Of a stretch of DNA of 64,000 bases, positions 53,376-64,000 are shown piece after piece (within the stretch, counting starts at the first letter, position 1; each line of letters starts with the position of its first letter). Made by a program: the position numbers and the translations under genes. The notes below the pieces were generated by a model, which was not told where the DNA came from, did not search any database, and worked only from the letters and a program-made list of their open reading frames with translations. This DNA is from Laetmonice hystrix (Eukaryota), in NCBI GenBank assembly GCA_965235115.1, contig OZ249436.1:20524001-20588000 (forward strand), read 5' to 3'.

Positions 53376-54470
53376 CAAGACCAGCCTCAATAGACCCCGG
53401 TAGTCTGAATACAAGTTTATTAAGACATTACACTGGCCACGTTTATCTTCCAGACCAGCCTCACTAGACCCCGGTAGTCCGAATACAAGTTTATGAAGAC
53501 CTTCACCGGCCACGTTTATCTCGAGCCCAGACTAGCTTCACTCGACCCCGGTAGTCTGAATACAAGTTTATTAAGACCTTCACCGGCCACGTTTATCTCC
53601 CAGACCAGCCTCACTAGACCCCGGTAGTCTGAATACAAGTTTATTAAGACCTTCACCGGCCACGTTTATCTCCCAGACCAGCCTCACTAGACCCCGGTAG
53701 TCTGAATACAAGTTTATTAAGACCTTCACCGGCCACGTTTATCTCCCAGACCAGCCTCACTAGACCCCGGTAGTCTGAATACAAGTTTATTAAGACCTTC
53801 ACCGGCCATGTTTATCTCCCAGACCAGCCTTACTATAGACCCCAGTAGTCTGAATACAGGTTTATTAAGACCTTCGCCGGCCACGTTTATCTCCCAGACT
53901 AGCCTCACTCGACCCCTGTAGTCTGAATACAAGTTTATTAAGACCTTCACCGGCACGTTTATCTCCCAGACTAGCCTCACTAGACCCCGGTAGTCTGAAT
54001 ACAAGTTTATTAAGACCTTCACCGGCCACGTTTATCTCCCAGACCAGCCTCACTAGACCCCGGTAGTCTGAATACAAGTTTATTAAGACCTTCGCCGGCC
54101 ACGTTTATCTCCCAGACTAGCCTCACTCGACCCCTGTAGTCTGAATACAAGTTTATTAAGACCTTCACCGGCACGTTTATCTCCCAGACTAGCCTCACTA
54201 GACCCCGGTAGTCTGAATACAAGTTTATTAAGACCTTCACCGGCCACGTTTATCTCCCAGACTAGCCTCACTAGACCCCGGTAGTCTGAATACAAGTTTA
54301 TTAAGACCTTCGCCGGCCACGTTTATCTCCCAGACTAGCCTCACTAGACCCCGGTAGTCTGAATACAAGTTTATTAAGACCTTCACCGGCCACGTTTATC
54401 TCCCAGACTAGCCTCACTCGACCCCGATAGTCTGAATACAAGTTTATTAAGACCTTCACCGGCCACGTTT
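53376..54470. repeat. 73-bp minisatellite, ~15 copies
   Basis: Unit CCAGACCAGCCTCACTAGACCCCGGTAGTCTGAATACAAGTTTATTAAGACCTTCACCGGCCACGTTTATCTC. Confidence 0.97.
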
Positions 54471-56440
54471 TGCACACGTTCCCGGGGATCGAGTACTACA
54501 TTTATTTCACAGTTTGTTAAGGACAAATACTCTTTGAGCTCTTCTAACAGCGAGACTTGTTTATCTATATAACGGGAAGTATCACACCCATAAATATGTG
54601 ACCTAAAGGAATATATACATATATTCTCAAAAGGATCGTGTTAGGAACATCTTACAAATGTAAACTGATAAAATGTATATCTGGTATACGTATTGCAATA
54701 AGGAATACATGTGAGTATTCTCCTATTTCATTACCACTAACCTAAGTTTACATTACTATTGCAAGCAACCCCAGCTCAGTGTCAATAGAACCATATCTGT
54801 TCGGTACTTGATGGATCTAGTGTACACCTCAAACATACTGCTTGTCAAGGTTTTCTTAGGAATCTTCTCCAGAGTAAACACACATCAGCAGTGAATTCAC
54901 AATAAACCTGTTCTATGTAAACAGAAAAAATCCTTGGCTCTAACAAGTAGATCAAGTTTACATGTGATGTCTTGGGTACAGAGGGGCCCTAACAAGGTGC
55001 CCGTTGTCGAGCCTGAATGAAGGCTCAGGGAAGAGGGACAGAGCAGGGAAGGTGTCGTGCCTCATTGTCTTGTACTAACAGTAACGTTTCTCTACCTGCC
55101 ATCATGGAATCATTCTCAGTCAGTTTGAGAAATAGTCAACCATGAAAGAGTATTCTGTGCATACATTTGTGTAATTCCTAATCTGAAGGGTATGCTAATG
55201 AAATTAAGCCCTTCATTCACACACCCACTATGAATTGTTAGTCCAGCTCTAGTTGCAAGGCAAACTGCTTATGTGCTATCCTTACATTCTCTAACTTGTA
55301 TTTTGCTTTTCATCAACCAGGGCACATTCATTGCACGCAACATTCATTCTGCTAGTTTGGATCATTCCTTGCGGGGTGGGCCTTACATATTGCCTACCTA
55401 CCAACTTGTAATGGTGAAAGTCATTGGTAAATTTTCTGTCACAGGGAAATAAATCGATATCACATATCACCTGTAGGTCATATCAAGCAGTGCTACACGG
55501 ATTATATAATTGTGACTATAGCAGATACAAGGATGTTTCAAGGTGTTTCACTTGTTAACACAGAACCCGACAAACAAATATTTTTATTTGGTTTTAATTG
55601 CTTTAAGTTGCTCTTACTAACCAAACACAATAATATATTATTAAATGCCTATCTTAAATTAGAGTTCAATCAAACCAGCATATTCCTGAACGGGAGTGAT
55701 TTCCGAAGTATGTCCTGAGAGAGGGAGCTCGATCCTGAGCGCCCCTCTTTATTTGCCAGAGTTGGACCACCCTTGTCGATACAGCCTCTAGGTTTACTCG
55801 TGCCTATACCGTAGTTAATTAGGCCTATCGCGTCTCGGTGATACAACTAATGTAATTACAGTGTTCGCAACTAATTAGACCTAGGATATACCATTATGCC
55901 ACAGTTTACCCACCATCGCCATAGTTTATACACAGGACTGACCTCATTCTGTGTAGGAAATAGACTTTGTGAAATAAAGGTTGCACAAGCCCTATGTACC
56001 CGCCCGCGCGGGGCAGCATGCCCCTTCCTCTAAACTTGACTCAGGTGTCGCGACTGTCGGAGGCAGGTGTAGTGAACGTAGTTACTACTGCTTCGTGCCA
56101 TCATGGCTACATCAGATTCACGGGAAACTTCGGGGTTTAAATCCACTAGCATTCTGGCTTTTGGATTTATTTCTCCTTAAAATGATACGCCATACGGGGT
56201 ACAGGGTCTCCTGGGACCGATTTTTAACAATTTCTTATTTAAATAAAGAAACGTTTGAATGTTCTATATTACTATAAATAATAGGGGGCCTACTTTACGG
56301 TGGATAGACCACTTTGCCTTTGACTGAGATTTTGAATACTGCTGCAGCTTTACTTCTACACGCTTTGTCGGCAACCTAAAACAATCCTCAAACTTCAGGC
56401 CGAGGGGAAAGTTAGACACAGGTGTAGATGGAGCACGTAC

Positions 56441-56671
56441 CACTGGGTGGTGTTTCCTTGCGTGGCCGCGGTGTTTGATCGGCGGGCCCCGGCCGACTCC
56501 CTCGCCATCTTTGAGAGCGGCCTTCGCCCCAGCCGCCCCGGCCGCCCCGGCCGTGCTGTAGTCGTCCCGCCGGGCTTCCTGCACCTCGGCACGGCCGTGT
56601 TTGTGGTGGCGACGGGCCTCCAGCGACACCGCGCACGCAATGAGCCAAACCAATATCACGGCCCGCATCAT
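56441..56671 (-). CDS. SPOCK: Probable first coding exon of the testican/SPOCK gene (signal peptide)
   Basis: MMRAVILVWLIACAVSLEA|RRHHKHG..., a classic signal peptide in GC-rich coding-like DNA; donor GTG|gtacgt (phase 0). Link to downstream exons is inferred from strand and architecture and needs an unplaced phase 0-to-1 exon. Confidence 0.68.
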
Positions 56672-57117
56672 ACAGCTCTATATCGTTTGAGAACGATATA
56701 TGCCAACAGATGAGGTTCCAAACGCTCAACTGAAGCACTTCTGTTCAAAGTTTAGATCTACCTTCTTCTTGACCACTCACCTTCCCCTACACTCCAGATC
56801 TGAGCAGGCTTGTATGATACGGCGCTTGGCCACGGGACGAGTCCATCTTCTAAAAGGTGTATAGGGGTGTCCGGATGTTGATCCAAGTTTTTAGGTGAGA
56901 ATCAACAGATATTATCCATTCCTGATGGCTGAATGTCATCCTTTAAATAAAAACAGTGAAAACTACATTTTGTTTCGTTTTATGTCAAGCCTGCCCATCT
57001 GTTCGCAGCAATATTCTAATTGTCATTCAAGATGTTACCAATTAAGAACCAAAACAAAGCATCCCCATCACACATCCACGGCACGTGCTGATGCGACAGA
57101 GAATGTTATTGCAGAAG

Positions 57118-57166
57118 ACTGCCCTCTAGCGGCAGGAACGAGAGTTTGTGCCGCCACCTAGCGAAA
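57118..57166 (-). promoter_or_regulatory. Tandem pair of CTCF-like sites ~450 bp upstream of the SPOCK ATG
   Basis: Minus strand CTGCCGCTAGAGGGCAGT and TTCGCTAGGTGGCGGCA. Confidence 0.5.
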
Positions 57167-57421
57167 AAATAACTCCTATTAGATTTAACACCAAGTAACG
57201 TTAGATGGCGACAGCAGTTTAACCCCACTGGTGAAACTCTGGCAAAAAGATGCTCTCACTGAACATATTATATGCCCAAAGGGGCATATGGCTTGTAGTA
57301 TTGGGATACATTGCATACATCGTATAGGTTTGAAATATGGGGTTAAAAAAGAAAATATCTTGTTACTGTACATCCTTTTCAACAGGCCACACTAGGCTGC
57401 AGCTATAGTCTACTGGCTTAA

Positions 57422-58945
57422 CCCAGCTAAAGGCCCTGTCACACTTTGACGATTTAGCCAGCGTATGCCGACGTACGAAGAATTTGACGAATACGCTGGC
57501 ATACGTCGAATAAGTTATGGGTAAGTTAAGAGCACGCTGATGAACGCTGATATACGTCGTAGTACGGTGAGGTCGTCGAGAAATTTTGTGCATGCACAAA
57601 ATTTTCGACGTATGCCAACGTATGGCTCATACGTCCCGCGTACGCGGGACATAAGTTGTAGGTAAGTTATGCGATCGTTGACACACGTTTAGACACGTTA
57701 CTTGTAAGTTACTCATAAGTCGACATACGTCAAGATAATATCTAGCGTACCCACAACTTATGTCCATCGTATGAGTAACATGCTTTGAACGTATTTGTAA
57801 CTTATCTCCAACGCATATTGACGTATGTAGACGTATTGTAGGCCTACCTAGCTGTTCCGGACGGCCACAGAACTTACTGAACGTGTTTCTAACTTACAGG
57901 TACCGTAGGCCTATAATAGCGTACTGGCAGCGTTTAGGGAAATTGGTATATAGGCCTAAAAATGGGGTTCACAGGAGGAACCCGTCAGTACTCCTCAAGA
58001 CTCCATGGTGCCAAATAAAAAAAGTTACTTGTTTAGCGTCCCCGCCCGACCTGTGAAATGCCCCCGACCTGGATTTTGTTTAAATATTTCTTATTAAAAA
58101 AACAAAATAAAGTGTAAAAACAGTCAAAACAACGTTTTCCCGCCTAAGAACAGTGTATAATGCGCTTTGTAAACCCATTAACGACCTGTGAAATTTAAGC
58201 CTCATGTTTTGAACTGTCGTCTGTGTGAAACATGTGCACAAGTTTAAATTTCACTTGAACAAAGACTTAAATAGAATTTACATGTTTTCTTCTTCAAATT
58301 CTAGCTTGGAAGTTTTCATAGTCTTCTATACCTTCCTAACTTGCCGTCTGACCATGAATACCGTGGGTATCTTCTTCCTACAGCCACGCCGCCACTCTAT
58401 TCATAGAATAAAAAATAAAAATAAAAACCTCCCCCCCCCCCCCGACCTGGAAAAAATTGACGTCACGTGATCGTCGGTGATTCGCTGCCACACGCTATCC
58501 ATACGTTAGACTACCGTTGGGCATACGTTGTGAACGCCGGCAACACGCTACACATTCGTTGGTATAAGTTGTCTGTAAGTTATCGAAACGTTCTATATAA
58601 GTTACTAATACGTTATGCATACGTCCAACTCGTTATGAATACGCTATGGATACGCCCAACTTTGAAAAAAAACATCGAAAGTTCAGCGTATGCCAGCGTT
58701 TTAGAGAAATCTTATACGTCAGCATACGCTGGCTAAATCGTCAAGGTGTGACAGGGCCATAACACGCAACGTAACTGCAACGTTGTGTGAAGGTTGTAGT
58801 ACATTGGTTATTTCACTTATAACGTTGCCGCAACGTTGCAACAACACTTATTTGAAACATTATCCGACATCAATACGGCAACGTTACCATGTAACGTTGT
58901 CTAACCATTGTCAATAGCATACATGTAGGCCTAGATCTATAACGT
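57422..58945. mobile_element. EnSpm/CACTA-like (CCCAGCTAACA-type) terminal fragment split by the Harbinger insertion
   Basis: Removing 57431-58759 plus one TAA restores CCCAGCTAACACGCAACGTAACTGCAACGTTG followed by repeated AACGTT motifs; no second terminus seen. Confidence 0.5.
57431..58759. mobile_element. Non-autonomous Harbinger/PIF element
   Basis: ~45-bp TIR GGCCCTGTCACACTTTGACGATTTAGCCAGCGTATGC / GCATACGCTGGCTAAATCGTCAAGGTGTGACAGGGCC; TAA TSD at 57428-57430 and 58760-58762; no transposase ORF. Confidence 0.88.
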
Positions 58946-59554
58946 GCTGAAATTATTAATGGAACGAACCACGCAGATTCCCGGCCGGAGTGCCGCTATT
59001 CACGTCCCGCTGCGATTCCACTTTTACGTAGCTCTGGATCTGTTGATAACAGCAGGGGTGGCATTGAGCTGGTACCCGGCTCACTCGCTAGGTGGCTCTG
59101 GGGTCGACGCGAGTAAAGGAGCCGGTAACGCCGACTGAGAGGTTGGCTGTGTCATTGGTCACGCTCCCGTCTTTGATAGCTCACTTATTAGGATGTGCCT
59201 CCGTGATGGCCGCTGCCCGCTCACACGATTTCTTCTACCAAATGTAGAACTTGGTGGGCCAGAGGGTCGCCCTCTTCCAGGACAACTGGAGAAGATCACA
59301 TTGGTGTTGACGGTAGCAGTAGCGTCGGAAGATCCTATACTTTTTCCGGGGGGGGGGGGGGGGCTGAAGTCAGCATAGGCCGACTCTGGTGCTGTTCTGG
59401 CCCAGGAGAGACACAGTGGAGTTCTCCACTTTCGGCACGGCGGCACCGCGCGAGTTTGTTGTTGTCTACATCCGGGCCAGTGGTCCCGATCTAGCCACCC
59501 CCTAACATGGCGACCTCCGTCGTACAGCCAAGACATGACGGCAGTCAGTTGAAG

Positions 59555-60005
59555 CATTCAGCCAACCTCGGGACTGTTCAGGACAGATCCTCTCGGCCCT
59601 CGCACGGTCGTCACCATGTTGGATCTTCTTTATCACGTGACACAACCTGGTCAAAATGGCAACGGCCGACACACCGACAAAGGTGACAGACAAGCAGTGT
59701 CTGGCTTGTTTAAAAGCAGATCTCCGCTTGATACCTCTGACAAGTGGATTACACGTCAAAGAAAATCTATGCAGGTCTCTATACTTTTTTAGATGTTGAC
59801 ACTCCTATTGGCATTGTTTATCGTCAGACGGAGGTCAACGTTTAACCCACGGATTCCTTCGGGCATATGACGTCATTCCTTATGTTGATGCTAGCTAGTA
59901 AAGTTGTATGATTTCATAAATAGGCCTAGAGTCTACTGCAAAAAATGAATGTGTCGCGGCTGCTAAGAACGATCGAGACTGCAAATCTTCGGAAATTGTC
60001 CATCT
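59555..60005 (+). repeat. ~450-bp dispersed repeat, copy 1
   Basis: Colinear direct repeat of 63529-64000, with scattered substitutions and small indels. Confidence 0.93.
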
Positions 60006-60094
60006 TTCCAGATGAACAACCCCGCGTTAGGCCGAATACCGACAAACTATGAACTACTTTGCGCACTACGCGAGTTGTGATGTGCCCAAACCCG

Positions 60095-60530
60095 TAGCCT
60101 GGTCCCCTGCCTACCAGACGCATCCGCTATATGTTAGGCCAGGTGCTGGCTGTCAGAAAGCCGCGAAACGGAAGTGATTAAACTCCAAGGACTTCCGCTT
60201 CCGTTCCGTTGGTCAGCTTTAAATAACAGAGTGACCGACCTCTGGAGCGTGGCCGGGAGTGGCCAACATGCCCATGCGTATGTAGACCGTAGCAGGTGTG
60301 GGGACCGATGACGCTATGTTTACATCCAGAAACGCGGGGACATTTAACACTTGTAGTTTAAAGGGATTGACAAAAATATCTGTATCTTGTTGGAGAAGTA
60401 CGGAGGCGATGGAACTACCTCGTTTGCGTCCATGTTTTCGATGGGCCAGTCACAATGCTCGCTTCGATTAGCCTTCACCAGGCTAGAGAATCTATAACGT
60501 ATAGTCAATATAGACCTGGGGACCAGGCTA
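60095..60530. mobile_element. MITE with TAG...CTA termini and 9-bp TSD (AcademH-like)
   Basis: 13-bp TIR TAGCCTGGTCCCC / GGGGACCAGGCTA; flanks CCAAACCCG / CCAAACACG (8/9). Confidence 0.78.
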
Positions 60531-61218
60531 CCAAACACGTGGAATCTCTGTCATATCTCTACGGCTTGCGAGGTCCGAGACCACAACTATAGCGAAGCGA
60601 CCGGAAGTTGGGCCTTGGTGTTCCGAATGTCACTTGAAGGTGCCGAGTGGCCTGGCGCATGAATACGGCACTCCACCGAAAAGGAGCCGAATCCCGTTAC
60701 GTTTTTATTATTGCACTTGGATTATTTCTAATTTGAGGAGAAAAGAGCCAACAGTAAACAGGAATTAACAACAATGTAATGGCCACGGGACTGCGAGGTC
60801 TGTTAAGTGGACACCTTCCCTCCATTTTTCTACACGGTAGGCCTGGTAGCAAATTGAGGGGGTGAGGCCTTCTGTTGGAACAGTCTAGCGTAATTTATAA
60901 TACTTGTTCCGGCGTTTCCATAGGGCCCCAGAGTTAACGTCGCATCACTCCGCAACATGTAGGCCTACAATCAAATCAGCCCGTATGGAACACGCGTTCC
61001 ATACGGACCACCCTATGGCCCCCTCCTGAGTGGCACTGGCAGATGGAATGCGCTTATAAAAGATACAAATGTATGTCTGCATTGCGGTTATCCGAAATGA
61101 TCCAAATCTCCCCTAGCTATACCTTTCTATATGTGGACTTGGCGGGTATTAGGCCTATGTAAAATTCGTGTTTGCGTGCACTCCACCTGGTTTTTGTAGG
61201 CCTATTAAGACCATCTCA

Positions 61219-61314
61219 AAGAGGCAGAGAAAAAGAGGCACAAGAGGAGGAAGAAGAAGAAGCCGAAGAAGACGACGAACAAGACGCCGAACAAGAAGAG
61301 AGAGGAGAGGAAAA
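61219..61314 (+). repeat. Purine-rich (GAA/GAG) low-complexity tract
   Basis: Directly visible. Confidence 0.8.
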
Positions 61315-63528
61315 TGTTCTCTTTAAGCAAATACAGCGAAGTTCTTGAGGTGATGATTAGAGAATTAGGCCTACATTGTAGGCCTAATTGAGAAGTTTCT
61401 TAATGACAAGACGGCCCTGATCTATAGGGGGGCCTATTAGGGGTCTACCCCTAGTCTAGGCCTACTGATCAGGGCTAATCTCGGGTATCTAGTTTTCTCC
61501 ATTTAAAAATAATTAGACTAACGTAGCGTAGATCTATAGGGTAAGCCCTATGGCTAAAACCTAAACCTCTAAGTCACCAAGGATTCATCGCAAGGCCACC
61601 CAATCCTGCACAGGCACGGTGCCAGCTGCACGGCAAGCGGTAAACGGGCCATTATCTGGGCGACGGCGGCGGCGGCCGAAATGAGTTCGACCCACCTATC
61701 CACAAAAACCTGAAATAGGTTTGATCGGGCCGTTCCCGCCAGACAGCTTGGGCTAAATCTGGAATGTCGGTCTATCCACCTGGCCGAGCACCAGCCCTGG
61801 AACACGTACGTCATACACCAGATCCAAGGCAACGACCGCCTATTCTCTCGCGTCGCTAGGTGTCAGTCATGTCAGCGGATGAGCTCGTAGCCCATCGACA
61901 GAGGGCGCTAGTGGCTGAAATCAATACAGGTGTCAGTAAACGCCGGTATACGGGCTCGCGCAGACGGCGACTGGCTCGGGCGGCCCGGGGACGGCGCGAC
62001 CATGGCAGAGTGGAGGTGGTGAGACACGACCAACAGCAGAAAGGTACGTATCACACACAAGTCTTGAGAAATACTGGGAAAGGATCTTTTTCTGTGGGGT
62101 AAATTGATCCTTGCGTTTGTATTTGGCGCGAACAAGTGGTCGAATAGATATAGAACGCCGGTATAGCCGTGCCTGGACGGGCACATGTCTGATAGGTGTA
62201 CCCAGCCTAGGCCTATCTCCCTCCATGCTGTGCTGGAGGACGGTGTGCTATATGTAGACGTCTCAAAGCCCGTGACATAGGATCGTAGTATTGTATACAA
62301 ACAACAGCTGTATCAGTTGCGACATTGGGTCGATCCCCATCAGTGAACGAGACCAAGATTCACGGCGTCTGCACAGAAATATGGTGGAGTCTGGTGGTGT
62401 CTGCCGGCGCGAACGTGGGCGTGGCGGGCTGGGACAGACGCTAGTCACGTGGGTTGGTGGTTGGTGGGGGGGGGCGCATCATAACGCGCCATGTTAGGTC
62501 CTCACCACGCTGGAGCACGAGGAGACAACCCGAAAATACCTGACCGATACGGCCGGCCAGTCGGTGCAGAAACGTATAAAATTGGAATAATTTAATGTCA
62601 TTTTCGCCCCACCTCGAGGGAAGGGAGTCTGGCTGGCGCTGGAGTAGCGCACTCAGCACGCGTGGGCCCGACGCCTGGAGCTCCCACGGTCCCGAGAGTA
62701 CAAACTCCCACACACGAACACAATCGCGTGCTATCGATGGTGCCTCACTTTGCCCGTAAGCGATCAGAAACCGGTATTATAGTTCCATTCTTGAAAGCTC
62801 ATCTCTTCTGCATGTTAAGGCCTCCCTTTGATGATGGAGCGACGGGATAATAGCAGAAAATGTGAGAATACTGTTTTATTTGCGGCATTTTTTGCGTGTT
62901 ATAGATCTACAGTTATAATTATACAAGTATTATAGGCCGCTATATGCCTATACATGGAGGCATGTAAACATAAATCCGTAAAGTAGGCTACATTCGTGAA
63001 CATTAAAATGCCACCCAAACCTAAAAGGTTTCGTAGACCGATCAGGTTGATCATTTAGTTACGGATTAAAGCAATCATCGACTAGGCCTATATCTCTCAT
63101 TTCAATGACCCCAAAGTCGGTTCATCTCCAGATGAATTTCATTGGCTGTTCAATACAATGCCAGGTCCACGAAATGAACGCTCACAGATCCTGCACGGGA
63201 CCCTGGGTAAGCCGCAGGGGACCAGGCACCGCTTGCCGAACTCAGCCTATTTCTTTTGAGAATCGGGATTTCCCCGTGACACCAGCCGAACTAGTGGTTA
63301 ATCGAAAGACAAACACCCAGCCTACGTTTAAATAAAGAAATATCACTGCTTGACGCCCCTCTTCGATAGGCATAGGCCTACTTTATGACACTGGTGTAGT
63401 AAGCTAACGAGTGAGGTGGCGCGCATGTTCCTATTTAAGCCCACTCGGCACACCGTTCGACCGACTGACGTAATGTCTCGGCTGTACGACGGAGGGCGCC
63501 ATGTTGGGGGTGGGGTGAGTGGGTGGCT

Positions 63529-64000
63529 CATTCGGCCCACCTCGGGCCTGTCCGGGCCAGATCCTCTCGACCCTCGCACAGTCGTCACCATGTTGGATCT
63601 TCTTTTATCACGTGACACAACGTGGTCAAAATGGCGACGGCCGACACACCGACAAAGGTGAAAGACAAGCAGTGTCTGGCTTGTTTAAAAACAGATCTCC
63701 GCTTGATACCTCTGACAAGTGGATTAGACATCAGAGAAAATCTATTTAGGTCTCTATAGATACTTTTTTAGATGTTGACATTCCTATTGGCATTGTTTAT
63801 CGTCAGACGGAGGTCAACGTTTGTCCCACGGACGAGCTGTCTCACTTGGGATTCCCTCGGGATTCCTTCGGGCGTATTACCTCATTTCTTATGTTGATGC
63901 AAGCTAGTAAAGTCGTATGATTTCATAAATACTGCAAAACCGAATGTGTCGCGGCTGCTAAGAACGATCGAGACTGCAAATCTTCGGAAATTATCCATCT
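63529..64000 (+). repeat. ~450-bp dispersed repeat, copy 2 (runs off window end)
   Basis: Direct repeat of 59555-60005, offset 3974 bp. Confidence 0.93.

Noticed and set aside
53376..54470. Possible CRISPR array (73-bp period)
   Set aside because: The whole unit repeats; no variable spacers, no cas genes, eukaryotic context.
59555..64000. Intact LTR retrotransposon between the direct repeats
   Set aside because: No gag/pol ORF, PBS or TG...CA ends visible; right boundary lies outside the window.

Overview
Animal (bilaterian invertebrate) genomic DNA with spliceosomal introns; no prokaryotic genes, rRNA, intact tRNA or CRISPR array. Two convergent genes can be assembled by hand. (1) The last five coding exons of COP9 signalosome subunit 4 (COPS4) on + (1-1853). 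(2) A testican/SPOCK (Drosophila Cow-like) secreted protein on - spanning about 51.5 kb (56671 to 5114): signal peptide, follistatin-N-like module, basic linker, SPARC EC/EF-hand domain and thyroglobulin type-1 domain. No Kazal exon was found, and at least one exon in the 31-kb first gap is unplaced. The introns and upstream region hold about a dozen unrelated minisatellites (roughly 8-9 kb, which explain the long repetitive ORFs), several MITEs with readable TIRs/TSDs, a nested transposon cluster upstream of the SPOCK ATG, and a duplicated ~450-bp promoter-like module whose leading ~60 bp is inverted between copies. The most striking non-genic signal is recurrent short insertion at TA dinucleotides with TA duplication (TAGGCCTA, TACATGTA, TAGATCTA, TAATTA), visible against unmodified neighbouring repeat units and stacked in hotspots. 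All calls are from manual reading; no database searches were run.
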